From: Phoronis australis
Lineage: Eukaryota; Animalia; Phoronida
Reading direction: 5' to 3'
NCBI GenBank assembly: GCA_002633005.1
Contig: NMRA01000039.1
Location: forward strand, 1,220,335-1,284,334
DNA: 64,000 nt
Made by a program: the position numbers and the translations under genes. Shown in pieces: positions 35,801-49,495 of this stretch (positions are counted from its first letter, which is position 1; the number at the start of each line of letters is the position of its first letter). The notes beneath the pieces were generated by a model that was given only the letters and a program-made list of their open reading frames with translations, was not told the DNA's origin and did no database searches.

Positions 35801-38800
35801 GATTTGAAGACTAGATTGAAGCTGAATTTGAGCTTAATTGGTGTTACATAACACTACTGTCGCCACTTAATCATCTGCTAGTGTGCTCCTGTTTATTTTA
35901 TTAGAACCGACCAGAAACAATAGCAGAATGTCCAATTACTGGGAACATTCTACTCTGTCACTAGCACTGTGCATACACTCACTTGAAATTACTGCCTTGG
36001 TATTGTAGGGACATCATCTCTGCTGCTCAGTCTCTCACAGTTCTTGAAGTTTTTACTGGAGGATAGTGTTGATACTGATGACACTGGTCACATTTAGATA
36101 TAGACTTCAGTGATTATGGATATGATAGTGTGGATACTGATGGCACTGAGTGGTCAGATTTATATACAGATTCCAGTGATCTAGATTATGACGGGGATAT
36201 GACACATGGAAATCTTTCCTGACAAATGTCTGTTTCTGGAAAACAAGAAGTAAAACTACTTGTACAACCCTTTATCAGTGGATAAAATTTATATCAACAC
36301 GAAGTTTTAATTATGTGCAGTGCTTCTGACCTAGTTCTGAGTGACATACCCTCCGACTTCAAGGGGGTAGACATTCCACAGCACAACCAGGCCATTAAGG
36401 TGTTTATACCATATTGCTGAATAGTACAACTGGAATCTTCCAGTAGGCCTACTCGCCGAAATGTCACACTAAGTTGGTTCTGGGAGCTCTTTACCTAAAT
36501 ATGGCACAGCTACGATAGATACGACGAAATGGAGGAAACCGCATAGGTCGGCGGCAACGGAAAGCACCCCTGTTTGAGTCACCGGCTACTGAGCTCGTCC
36601 TGCTGATTGGTATTCATTATGTTAATTACCCCTATGCAATTGCAGCCACACTTTACACCCAGAACTGTGTAAGGACAATTGCTGTCATTGGTTTTGCAGG
36701 CGAGTACAAAAGTCTATGCAAAGACTACGACTCCTTGATTGTCGAAATGGAGCGGATGCAAGCTCGAGTGAGATCCCTATCGGCCGAGGTAAGCGGGAAG
36801 GCGTTGACAAAAACTGATTTGCTCGCGAGATAATATCAAGCTCATTTTTTTCCATTATTCAGTGAAACGAATGAAAACTGTTCTCTCTCGCCCGAAACCT
36901 AGCGAAACACAAAAGGCCGCGTCCTAGGCAAAAATGGCTAACTACTACTTACTAGGTATTTACTAGGTACTTACTAGGTCCACCAATAGAACTTACGAGC
37001 CTATAGATAGAGATTATTATTACTCTGTCGATAGAGAAAGAAAGACACTTCATCCAGAGAAAAAAATCTACGGAAAAGAAAACCTCAAGCTGTCATTTTT
37101 GAGCCACCATAATGATGACTACCACGATGTAAAGAACAGTTTCAGTCGCTTGCCGTGTTTACAAAATTTCGCCTTGTCGTCGTCAAGTGATGGTTTTGAT
37201 CTCGGTTTACACCAGTATAGTACGTTCACCATGCACACTGTTTAGGAGCATTAACCTGGTATGCGTTCGAAGCGGTTATGCTTGATGATCCGAACAGATA
37301 CGGATCAACTGAGAAGGAAATGTGAATATCTTCATCCACACAGTGTATCATTTGCGAGAAGGAACGCGCTGGAGCTTGCGCAGTCTCACATTCTGAACAA
37401 GCCAAGAACGCACTCCTGTGCGTGTGAGATGTTTTCAGTGAACTGTGCCGGAAAAGGTTTCAGAAAATGTAAGCAACGCTTTGGAATCATAATGGCTCTA
37501 ATCTCAACAACTCACCACTGGTTTTTCGTTCGGCGATGTACCTATGTTTTGGGGTCTTAATGTATATTTTTCATGTGGCCTGCCCACGTGACGCGGTCAA
37601 AGGCTTGGGCACACACATTTTGGTCAGATACTGTGTTCAAGTTAAAACGTTCGTGTAGCAGGAATTGATATCGCGTGCACAGAAGGACTGATTATTCAAA
37701 GTCTTAGACAATGTTTTGTTCAACGATGCTCACATTAGATAAAACGCCCATCTGGTGTCAGCCCGGCAACTAAAATGCGTTACGCTGAAACTCACGAAAT
37801 CGCACCGCTTTATTTTAGTGAAAATTTCAAAATAATAGGAAGAATTTAAGATAGATTTTTAGTTTGCTGGCGAAGATGTTTGACACCGAGGGTCATTTTA
37901 TATAAACTCCGGACGTTTGAGAGTAAAAACGCGCGTGATTTACAAAAATTCCTTTCCTTTGTTATATTCTACTAATTGAAACTCATGGAAAAAACTGATT
38001 CGCGCTCATTCCAGAGCAGAGATTTACGTGATGCTTTACTATTTTGCCACCTTGTGACTTAAAATGTGTGCATTTCGTTTGCTGTAAATAGATCGATTTC
38101 ACACAATCCATTGCGCAGATAACTTCATACGCTATTCGCATGTCAGTGTACGCATATGCGCAAGTGGGTTCCACAAAATGAAGGTTGTAAGCAAGTTTTG
38201 TGACATGGCGGCGAATGTCTTTTGGTTTCTATCAAATGCTTCTGAAGGAGCGTACTCGTAACTATATTATCTTCATTAAGTACACGCCAACCCCAAACTG
38301 ATAAGATGACAGTTATATTCTTGCAGAATAAACGGTGGGGGGGGGGGAGGGGGCAGGTCTACGACTGCCATTTAGAGAATGGATCAAATGTAACATTTAT
38401 TTGACCATTACAAAAAAGTTGCCAGAAAACGCAACACAAATTCATGCACACTGCTTGGATTTTCTCGTGCACTTGCACACATTTGCGCATGCGAAAGCAA
38501 CACACTTTAGATAAATGCCCCGTCATACCGGTGAGAAGTACACTTCTTTCCCCCCTCAAGGGATTGGAAAGTCAGAACTTGCCGGAAGCGGGACCAGCCA
38601 GGCATTCTCCTAAGCCTCATTTTGTCAAAAAAAAACCCCGTATTTTTGATTTAGCCTACTTTGCGTTATAAAACTGACCTCAAATCGTTCTTTACTAATA
38701 ATTGCTGGGGTTTGCAAGAACTGTTATTATTCGCGATAACAACAAGTACGTCTTCTTATGTAGAGGTTTCGCAAAGCGACGTGAACGCGAATCATCACGC

Positions 38801-41800
38801 ATTTATAATACCGTGTAATACATGCCCTTCTTGGCTGTGACGTAATTCCTAAAGTGTTTGAATATTTTACTCGAATACAGAGCTATTCGCGTCGCTTTAA
38901 ACGCGAAATCTGTGGCCTCTTCTTATTTTTTATTTGGTGAGACATCGAAAAAATTATTTTGATAGTGTTCTCAATCTTTTTTCTTTTCTTTAGTATACAA
39001 CGAACACGATTCTTTCGTTTGTAAATGTTCTTAAAATTTAGTTGCAAGAAAACACTTTTTGCCTAAATACTTATTCTGCCGACGTTCGCAAGATATCATC
39101 GAACTAGAATGGATTTTTACCAGACATGATTTTTGACATGCTTAATTTACATGCATCTGTTTATTTTAAACTGCAAATAAGTTCACATTCTAAGAGGCGA
39201 CCATTTTTCGAAGGACGGGAGTTCGGGAGGAACTACTTGTTCACATTCAACATATCGTTCTATATCTAGCGGATATGTACAGCGATGACTACGACAACTG
39301 GACACCTTGAGCTCAGTTATTCAGTTCACGTTTACTTTCACGTTCACGTAAACATTTACCTGTTGCGAAACCCATTTTGGTTACTGTGGTGTGAATCGGC
39401 ACGCCCAATTAAGTATGCGGCACAATTTCCAGTTCACATGACCTTGCAAACCTCTCTTATAGGTATAGTCCTGTATTACACGTATTACACGTGTATTACA
39501 CGTAGGACTACCCGATTACAAAATGCATTTGAAGTGCAGTCACAGAATACGCCACATAGCTCTATTTTAGTGGGCCCAGAATCAACGAAATGTTTGTAGC
39601 ACAGTAAAAACGTACAGCCAAAGTCAACGATTTCGTATGAATTACAATTTCAATAGACGCACTGAGCGCTTATGTTAACAGTTAAACGAATGTCATCCAC
39701 AATGAAAGCACACCTCAATCTTGAAAGATACGAGTAGTGGAATTTTGGAGTCCTGGCTGGATTTTCCACCACGCAAATAGTACTTTGAGCGCAGTCTAGT
39801 TGCGGTAGCAATCGTCTGTCGGTGACAACGCAAGTATTGAGGTAAGTCACGAGTAGCCACGACAGGCTTGTCCTGTTCAACGTAGAACAACGCAGACAAC
39901 CAACGTCATGAAGCAAGACTCTGATGGTCATTTCCTTCCTAACCCCAGTCACCAAGTGCAAGCAAGTTCGACCACACGCCACGCCAGCTGCTGTTTTAGG
40001 GAGCAAATGCACAACGGCCACATCCCGAAATACCATAGCGCCGCCTCTTTGAATGTGTGATAGTTACCCACAATGCTGTAAAGTTTTACAGTGGCGCAGC
40101 GCTTGCGTGAGGGATGATGTGCCATTCTTTTCTGGTTCGCCTTTGTACAGACACTTTCAAAGCGGCTTAACTTTCCGAAATCTAGGCCAACCATACAATA
40201 GCGTTTCTACCTGTGGGGAATTCGGGATGCGCCCATTCAATATTCAGTGCGGTTGAGGCTTTGAGCTACAGCTGTCCGTTAAAAGTTTGTATCAGTGTTC
40301 TCTCCCATTTCGGTGGCTGTCAATATACTTCTTCTGATTGCATTTCGGCGGCAAGAGATAAGGTTTATGCAGGCTTGACGAAATTCGCGCGAGAATAAGA
40401 CGTAGACAAAAGGGTAAAACATGATGGTCGACAAGCTTATGATCAGCGTTGAATTGAGGGCGACGAATATTGTCTCTCGTGTCGCCATTAGAGGAGCGAG
40501 TAAAGAAGGCAAGCGCAGCATCATCAGCAAGAACAACACGGCGGCCATTTTGACCGTTTTCACCTCACTGAAGTAGGCACGTAGTTTGCGCGCTTCGTCC
40601 TCAGATTCTGCGTCCTCGCCAACCGATAGGAGTGAGTGTTTCCTACGTCGGATGTCAAAGAATATATGAGCGAAACAGTAGACCATGAGAGTGACAGAGA
40701 GGGCGAGAAAGGTCACTGTCCACAAAAGTCGGTCGTACTTCCACTGTCCAGTGACAAAGCAGCTCATGCTCAAAGGGTCGAAGCCCGAGCGGACGTGAAC
40801 GAAGAATGGGGTGAGGCACAGCAGCGGCAACACGTAGCACGCGGCCAGCATTACATAGAGCGCAGTACGTGAGTTGGTCGTGGGGTGCCCGTACCAGACA
40901 GTGGCGAAGTAACGCTCCAGTGCGATCATCGCCGTGTTGATCGCCGTGGATCCGTAAAAAAACATAGCGCTTACGGCGTTGAACGCACACAGCTTTGGGT
41001 GGAGGTGTTCCGACCAGTCTCCCAACAAAGTCGAGTGGATGTCAAACGGAATGACGGCGACCAACGCGTAGAGGACGATCAAGCTCAGACTGCACGTGAG
41101 CACGTAGGTCGACTGGCATCGCAGACGCCTGCTGGAAACAACGGTGACGATGACGAGGAGATTCCCGATCAACCCGAGGATGACTATGGCCACTTTGCAA
41201 CCCCAAATCCAGTCAACGTTGGACGGTAGCACCGGCCCACTAGTTCCATTTGTATTAACAGTTGCAAGAGCCATCGCTTTCACCACCTACTGTCTTTAAA
41301 TTTGCTCAGCGAGGTCGTCCAGTTCTCTTTTCCAATTTCTTATCCAATTGTCCGTTGGTTATATTACAATTTGCCAGAGGCAACCGGATTTTGTTAAAAG
41401 CGCCAATTAGCACTTCAGATCATTAGTGGAAGAGTTCCGACAAAAGTGAGAATCCTACCTCGACTATAAAACATCTGGTTAGCCCGGCAACCCTTCTTCT
41501 CTTACAGCGTTATTGCCGGTTTTCTAAAGTCAGTTGCAACAAACTCGGGCGACTTTTCACGTCCGACTGCGTCTGTGATATGCCAAGAACAGTTCATAGT
41601 TCTCGTCACTTCTGCCCGGGAAATGTTTTAAAAGACACATAAATTGCCCACTACGCCAAATCGGTACTCCAGACTACAATTTTGTACGCCGCACGTCATA
41701 TGTTTTTACAATCGGGGATATTGTTTCGGCCCGCCAGCCAAGTATATCACTCCACGGAACTCGGCGTGTAGTTTGTCCTAGGGTGTCACGTGATCTATCG

Positions 41801-44800
41801 GGGAGTGTCTCAGTATTTACTAGTGTTTCGAGGATGTATTCTTATTATCCCTGAGCAGCAGGTGTTGCAAAACCATTTCCTGTTTATTTAACCATGTGAT
41901 TGATTCGTCTTGAAATTTGTGCGCAGTACAAAACACCGCTGACAGTTAGCACCCTATTAGGGAAATTGCACTCGTGTTGATGACATAGTCTAGCAAAATA
42001 CCAACAGTCGGTATATGAATAAATCAAATAGTCAAGATTGTTTTATATTGAATCGGTTTAATATTGGTTTGCCTTTTTCAAAGGCCTCTGGGCGTTCTTT
42101 CCATAACTGGACCTAATCCCTTATCGTTCACGTCAGTTAACACCCTGCGCTTTTTGCTACGGACCTTGTCCACAATAGGCTGACTCAGTTATAGTTCCGA
42201 TCTGTGATAGCTGGCCTTATCAACGGCATTAACTTGACAAGAAAACGACGGACGCCTAGTTATTTGCTGCGCCTCGGCACTAATGTTTATAGTCTAAGTT
42301 CCAACGTAGACACGACACACTACGTCTTCATTATTTGTTGAGATAATATTGTCCTGTCGTTTACGTACCGCCAATGTTTGAGCAGTGTCATTCTCAACTA
42401 CAGAATAATTGTATCAATAGTAATTCCTATTCTCGCATTTCCAATTCACAAGTGTATGCGCGAATGATATTTAATACGAAAACACAGAATATGAACCTTC
42501 TACACATGGCAGTTGGTGCCGAAGCTCCATACGTCTTCGACCAAGGATCGAGTTCGTTTCATGTCAGTGGGACCTTAGCGATGAGTTCAGTGGTGTATTT
42601 AGCCGAATATATCAGTAAAAGTATACATTTTCTAAAAGAATAAAACCTTTAATAATTTGACGCTGAGAACCGTAGTGCAGTACAGTAGGAGAAAGAAGTA
42701 GCAGTCATGAAAAACAACTTTAATCAGTGTAAAATGAGAACACGCGTGCGGTTCATGAGTGAAGAAAAATGGTCACCTTCATACGACAACAGCCAACTTA
42801 GCTTATACGCTTATGAAACCGATTTTACAAGAGTAAAGGACGTAATTCGATTTTCGTTTTTTACCCAGCTAAACAAGGCGAAATACTTCTCAGTTTAAAC
42901 AACAAAATCAAAATGATTTCCATGCCAACTAAGAGGTTTTTTATTGGCGTCGCTGTCTGTTTCATGAAAAGGAACTTTTAACTTTCTCTACTTACTGAAC
43001 ATATAAATTGTGTTAAGATTGTGACGTCTCAGTTGGCTTATCCTTTTAAGTGATAGTGCCAAGACTCGGCCAACTTTTGTCTTCTCGACGTGTTATGTTA
43101 TTTTTATGAAACAGAACTCTGATCAAAGCTAATAACTCCAAAAAAATAATAAGAAATAAAATAAAAATAAAAATAATCCCCAAAATGTGTTTTTCGACTG
43201 TAAAAATCGGACGTGACACATACAGTATTAGTGATATAAAGGATTTGAAGGGAACCTTGAGTCTCGCTTGTGTCCGGCTACTCGAGTCTTTTGATTGGAA
43301 TGCATATGCATTATATTATAATTTGTACTTTTTCTAAAAATCTTATTTTGAATGAGACAAGTTTATTACCATGTCGAAACGCAAGAAACGCAGAGAACAT
43401 TGAAAACAAAAAAGACGTAATTAGCTCAGGACGAAATTCGTGATAGAGAGGAGACTTTCACTAGTTGTGGGGCAAAATTGGTGGTAGTGTGGGTGTAAGA
43501 CAAAAGTGATGGCGACCGGAACAGGTATTCAAGACCTTTAAGCGTAGAGAGTTCTGTGTTTTCGTGTCTAATGAACAAAAAAGTCTAGCGGCGCCCCTCA
43601 TACACGTTGTTTGTGAAAATTAGTAAAGTTCCCTAAGATGTTCCTCTTTAACTTAAATTTGTTGCAGCAGCACAAGTAACGCCACCTTCTGGTAGGATCC
43701 CAGTTAATCGGTGAAAATATGGATGTCTGGAATGTCAGTGCGTCGTCTGGCGATGTTAGAAAACGTAAAACTGCCAACTGCAGTTTCATTAAAACGACGT
43801 TCTTTATTTCGCTTGCCTGAAGATAAGAAGATGTATAATTATAGAATCCTTCGGAGTACAACTGATGGTCTTGCAAAGACACGGGCGGCGCAGCACTGAA
43901 AAAGTGTGGGGGTTGGGCTACAGCCCCTATGGCGCGCCGCCCATGAAAGAGCGAAGCTAGATTTGACCAGTGTCTCTTTAAATCTTCTTTCAAAAACCGA
44001 ACTTTTGTTTTATCTCACTCACCGTCATAAAACGGGACTCAGCTTGTCTTCCTCTCTATGATGAGAGGTGATTACTGGAAGAATTGACCTTGGTCGAGGT
44101 CTAACCACCGGCGAGTCATTTTATCTGCCAACTGTGGCCCCGAGCAATTTATAACGATTTGCCACTTCTTCTCTGCCCGGTTTTTAGTTAGCGGGAGGGG
44201 GGAGGGCAGAGTATTAGGCAGGATTTTTTGCATCCGACATTTGCACCCCCGAACTGCCAAATGTAATCTGGGAGAGTTTTAGGGGGGGGAGATGGCCCCC
44301 CCTTCTAAATCCACACCTGCAAATAGCCACTCAACTAAGTTCCATAAATCTTTTGCGTATTTGTTTCGCTCTATAGTCACAGGCTGTAGTATTTTTCTTC
44401 TATCATTTTATCATTATTATCTTATTTAACTAATGACATTTTCTAATAAAATAACTGAAAACTAAGCCCTTAATTCAGTTAAAATATTTAGGGACATAGT
44501 CCTTAAAAAAGGTTCGTTGCATGAAAATATCCTTTCTTATTTTTAATAGTATTCAGAATTCAACGTAGAGTTTAATTTCGATTTTGTGTCAGAGTAAAAA
44601 ATTGACTTGGTAATGAGACTCAAACAGCGTAAGAAAGGACAATGAGTGTTTTCACAAGGTCACTAATACGCTGTAGATTTAGGTAACTTAGTTGAGTCCC
44701 TAATTGGGACTGTTTCAAGTAACCGCCCACTCAAGCCCTGAAATCACTTTTCATCATCTAAGTAAAGAACAAGTTCAGATCAATTTTATGACGACATGTA

Positions 44801-45759
44801 AGCTAAACGAAAGATTTTCCACAAAAGGAAGGTTTATAGCACATTTAATTGCTACACACACGGTGTCTTGTTGCAGCTAGAGGACGGTAAAATGGGAAAG
44901 AGACGCCGTCGACAAGCCAAGAAACAACGCCAACGATCTCTTAACTGTTCTGCTCAGACTGACGATGATAACGCAGCCGAAACGTCCTTGACATGCGAAG
45001 GCACTGAACAGGTGGGCGCCAAATGATCAACAAGCAGATTCCAATGGCTTGTTCCAGAAGACGAGTGAACGTTACATTTTAGCCTCGTATAACGTTCCAC
45101 GCATTGGTTTGATCATTTGCAGTAAACATTCAGGCTTCTGACGTATTGTAGAAAATTGTAATGTTTAGATCTCTAGCTTATTTGTGTACTTCTAAGTGGG
45201 CCACCAGGGGCGAATCCGGGATTTTTAGTTAGTGTGGGGGGAGCAGGGCAGAGTATTAGCCAGGATTTTGCCCAATCAGACATTCGCACCCCCGAACTGC
45301 CAAACAGAATCTGGTAGAGTTTTAGGGGGGAGGGAGGACATTGCCCCCTTGGTCCCCCTCTAAATCCGCCATTGGCCACTGATAGGGTTGAAACAGCTCA
45401 CAGCTTTTCGGTTTCGGCTTTTGGCTCGCGGTTGCTGTTTTTTGGTTTGTTTTTCCTCCTACATTTAAAAAAACATCAAAGCTATCCAGAAAATTGATGT
45501 ATGATGGGCACAAAGTATTATAATTGGTGCTGGTTAGCACCCGATTTATTTTGAAACCTGCTCTCACTGTTCAAAGAAAAAGGCTCCCGGTCGCATCGAT
45601 TTTAACGAAGTGGTTTTCAGACGCGGCCGGTGTCGCCGTTCCTCTGTCGACCGACGTACAGCCAGGCCACCCCCAAAACAATCTGCGATCTGCGTCACCG
45701 AATCACTGAAGCTGGAAAAAACATCGCACCACTTCAGCTCATACAAAGTGACTTTTTGA
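29859..45759 (+). CDS. Uncharacterised ~536-aa protein (Ser-rich disordered N-terminal half, basic K/R tracts, coiled-coil segment)
   Basis: Seven phase-compatible GT-AG exons: 29859-30588, 31342-31464, 31765-31993, 32947-33068, 36700-36788, 44877-45011, 45577-45759 (1611 nt, open to TGA). No family recognised; the last two exons are less certain. Confidence 0.65.
33575..33980. mobile_element. ~400-bp foldback MITE (second copy at 51635-51965)
   Basis: CAAGATAAGTGTCTATT / AATAGACACTTATCTTG inverted arms; shared core with 51635-51965. Confidence 0.7.
40279..41274 (-). CDS. Intronless class A (rhodopsin-like) GPCR, 331 aa, orphan
   Basis: Seven hydrophobic segments; N-glycosylation site NGT; TM1 GLIGN; TM3 Cys and ALERY; ECL2 Cys; TM7 YPFVY followed by FSREFR helix 8 and Cys. 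First ATG at 41274. Confidence 0.9.
   Translation of the reverse strand: MALATVNTNGTSGPVLPSNVDWIWGCKVAIVILGLIGNLLVIVTVVSSRRLRCQSTYVLTCSLSLIVLYALVAVIPFDIHSTLLGDWSEHLHPKLCAFNAVSAMFFYGSTAINTAMIALERYFATVWYGHPTTNSRTALYVMLAACYVLPLLCLTPFFVHVRSGFDPLSMSCFVTGQWKYDRLLWTVTFLALSVTLMVYCFAHIFFDIRRRKHSLLSVGEDAESEDEARKLRAYFSEVKTVKMAAVLFLLMMLRLPSLLAPLMATRETIFVALNSTLIISLSTIMFYPFVYVLFSREFRQACINLISCRRNAIRRSILTATEMGENTDTNF
43880..43945. mobile_element. 66-bp MITE family C (CATGGGCGGCGC TIR), TSD AAAGA
   Basis: AAAGA flanks both ends; related copies at 63580-63640 and 63793-63872. Confidence 0.75.
45205..45374 (-). mobile_element. MITE family A, TSD GCCAC
   Basis: GCCAC duplicated; a truncated sibling lies at ~44180-44319. 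Confidence 0.85.
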
Positions 45760-47433
45760 AAAATGCACAACTAAAAACACTGGATCACTGCCTCAACGTT
45801 CTCCATAAACACAAACCAAAACAAATTATACTATTTTTGGCCTTACCTGTCACAAAACCAAGTGATAACATGGTTATATTGGAAATACCTTCCTATGGAT
45901 ATGTGTAACCTGTTTTGAAAAGTAAAAATAACTATTTTAAGCTTAACTTCCTCATATATTTACGTCTTTTTCTCGCTATAAAATGCTGTTAATCTTCAAG
46001 TTCAGCTATTTCGACGCTAAACAATCTTGCCACTTCCGGTTGATCGTGGTGAGCTGTTTCAGCCCCGTTGACGAGGGACTTGAGGAGCGTGACAGAAATT
46101 AAAAGGTGTCACGGGTAACCATCAGGGTCACGAGTATCAATAGAATGATGGGAAGGGGGTTAATGATGTTTAGAAAAGACATTGACTTTGTGAAATATAC
46201 CTCGGAATGCCCCATTAACTATACGAGGAAGACAATATTATACCACCCACTAGATATCACCGAGTCTTGCTAATAAAATATTTTCATTANAAAGACATTA
46301 GCATAAGAATAACTGAACATTTGCAACTAAATAAGAATAACAATAAGCGTAAAGTTACGAACGTCCCGTCACAATTACGAAAGTCGTAAACGATTATCTT
46401 AACATGGCCGGAGCAACTGCGTCTAAACAAAAGTTTGGCTCGAAGAAAACCTTCTGCCGAACTGGAAAACACGTTAGCACGGCAACTGCCTGTTACCATT
46501 TATACACAATTTACAAAACGTACCCAGAGTAGCGTACATGAAGTAACATCCCAAGAGACATTATTCCGCGTATAGACCGAGACCGCGTAATGTCTCGTGG
46601 GATATTGCTTCATGTATGCCAATCGACTCGAGGTACGTTTTGTATTTATCCCATATGCTTCGATTTCCTGTGTTTCTTTCATTTTTTCAATGAAACAGTT
46701 TTAAATGTAACGATTTATTACTTGTAAAGAGATAACAAAGATGAAAACAACGGCAACTGTGCATTAAACTTGATGTAACATCTTCGGAAAATAGGTCAAT
46801 AACAACAATACTTGATATTTTAGTTACCGAGGAATTGACGCCTGAGTTGCTGACGAAATAATATTTAGCAATTGAAAACTGAAACAGGATTGTCCTATAA
46901 TTAACAGTCTTGTTCCAGATGTTGCGATTGGGACCTGATTGCATGTTGAGTGTTATTTACACTGCTGAAATTGTATTACTTTAAACTATTTTCTGAAAGT
47001 TTGATGATCGAACCGGCTAACACCGTCGAGTCGACATAGATCTACCTTTCCATGTCAGAGGTCAGTGTTGAAGTAGTGCGGGAGGTGAATACGGAAAACA
47101 TTATTACATGGCCGTATTGCACTCGACTGATTCAACGTATGGGACAAAGTTTCATTTCCCTAGCTACAACTTTGAGCTCGACATGTATAGGCTGACCATC
47201 AATAAATTGCATTCTGCCGGAAAGCGTTTGACCCAAACTCTTAAAGTGGTTATACCTTATTAATCCGTGAATGAACAAATTTAATTTGCTAACAAACGAC
47301 CCGAGTGCTCATGTCGGTAAATTGTTGAGAAACTCGAGAACGCAGGTCACCAATTTTTTATTCCTTGTTGTGGGAACATGTTGGTAACTAAATCAAGTTT
47401 CAAATTGTGAAAGCTGAAGAGTATGACTATTGA

Positions 47434-47481
47434 CACACGCACACGCACACGCACACGCACACACACACACACACACACACA
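47434..47481. repeat. (CACACG)n/(CA)n microsatellite
   Basis: Direct reading. Confidence 0.95.
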
Positions 47482-47847
47482 ACATTCGCTCGCACAAACA
47501 AAAACATATTTCGAAACTAGATACCAAATGTGACATTAGCTAATAATCCAAACAAGCAGAAGATGTCTTCTATTGAATTGTTCTTATTCACAATTTTCTA
47601 CATAAATACACTTTTCGAAGTGAAAGTATTGTAACAATTCCTTCCTATAAAGTTAAAGTGAATGAGTAACTTTCTGAGTCTCACCTGTTGGTGTGTACAT
47701 AATTCTAATGATGGGTTTTCAAATTTTGTTCCATTAAAACACAGTGCAAAGTAGGCCATAAAGTGTTCTTGGTACAATATTTTCCAATACGCCAAACCAC
47801 CTCACACCATAATCCCATCAATTCAGACAGTTTCTGAAACTACAGCA

Positions 47848-49495
47848 TCAGTCTTCGTTCAGAATTTTCTCCTCCAAAATTTTGGAATCTGCCTCCAGAT
47901 GGCTCTGCATATCGCTTAACTGACGTTTTAGATGAGACAGATCTGACTGTAAGGACAGGATTCGTTCTCGGGTTTGTTTAATGTCGTCCTCGGATTCCTC
48001 TTCCGTAAACACCAAGTCATCCTTATCGTTGACATCCTGTTAAAATAATGAAAATGGAAATTAGTTTCTTTGATTTTTCAGTGCTTTGTCTGATATAAGT
48101 ATGGATTACAATCAGCGGCTGTTATGACAGTACCCGGCCACAATCGTGCATTAATTCAATATAACATTCATTATTGACATTTCCCATAACTTTTTAGTTA
48201 TCGAGAATAGCAATTTTCACATTTAGATTTGCAATATTTTGTACTACAACAACGAATACAAGCATAAGCAGATTCTTAAAGTGACGTTAAACCGACCTTC
48301 CGTCACAAAAACAACTTTTGATTTACACCACTTTGGCCTAACGTTATGAGATTAGTTTCGAATTGTTCTTCAGTCAAAATAGAAGCAATTGCATGGTTCG
48401 AAAGAGCTAACTGTTCATTATTGCTAGAGACCTTCCTCTACAAGTTGTCTTGTCACGGCGTGTCATTTTACGCACCGAGCAAGATCTCAAGGAATAACGA
48501 AGTACCAGTTATTACAAACCCATGAAACGCAATTCTTTAACAGCAAGTGGTCTAAATAACAAAATTCGCTCCTTGGGCGTAACACGATCGACTTTGTAGC
48601 CCATCCCGATGTCACGTGGGTACTTTCGGATGTATTTAGTACGGGTTGCATAATTTGTACCAACGGTTTTTTTTAAAACTATCGTTGAGCGCATTGAATA
48701 GCATTGGAAGCTCAACCTTTTTCACAGCACTTTGTACTTCCTCATTAGATTTGTACAAAATCTGCTGTCATCAAGAAGCCTGTTTGTCAGGAACACTGAC
48801 CTAACTTCGCTCCGTTTGCGTGGAGCAGGTCAGTACCGCATGAACGATTTGTCGTGGACTAAAACTGACGATTTTCCGAACTGTTTGGCCGCTGAAATGG
48901 AATTCGTCTTGAAAAGTTTGACTAGGATCATCCTCACCCGAAAAAACAAGATGAAAACTACCAAAATAGATGCGTTAGGTTTCGATTCTCTGGTAGCCGT
49001 AACTCTTTGGTAAGTAGTTGGCCTGCGGGTCGTGAAGTCGAACAAAACGAGACAGCGGGAACGCTCGCCGCGCCAGGACCAGATTGATGTCTGGATTTAG
49101 CTTCGATTAGAAACAGCTGTCACCTGGAGTTGTAACCAAACGGAAGGTTTTTGAAATGGGTCGAATCCGATAAAAATCGTGTCCACTTTCACAGGACAAT
49201 TTTTTAAGATGACACCGTTCTCATTTACCAGTAATTGCGCTGTGTCCAGTAAATCTTCAGGCATAATTTCGTCACTCGACGAAAGACTTTTTAAAACATT
49301 ATCCAAAAGCTCAAGTTCATCAAATTTTTGCCCAGGGTTAATTAAAGGTCCGTCGAATAATTTTTCGAGCTGCACCGCACTTTTGTCTTGAGGAAGGGGG
49401 GATGTTTCCTCGGACTTAGGTTTGGCAAGCTTTTGCTGTTCCTCCTCACTGTTGCCCTCTAACGGCGTGAATGGAAAACTCTGATCCTGGCCCAT
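47848..49495 (-). CDS. Fragmentary uncharacterised gene or pseudogene with an acidic coiled-coil terminal exon
   Basis: Acceptor TTTTTCAG before 49497 opens a 132-codon ORF. Acceptor TTTTAACAG opens 48036-47848 (DVNDKDD...RERILSLQSDLSHLKRQLSDMQSHLE...ED*). The joining donor (CAG|GTGACA) is weak. Confidence 0.4.

Noticed and set aside
36060-36190. Two ~63-bp degenerate repeats encoding Asp-rich peptides
   Set aside because: Only two diverged copies, with stops, inside an intron; no supportable product.
39650-40256. Second gene downstream of the GPCR
   Set aside because: Overlapping short ORFs with no motifs or consistent splice phase; probably the GPCR 3' UTR.
40279-41274. Opsin
   Set aside because: No Lys at the position equivalent to rhodopsin K296 in TM7.
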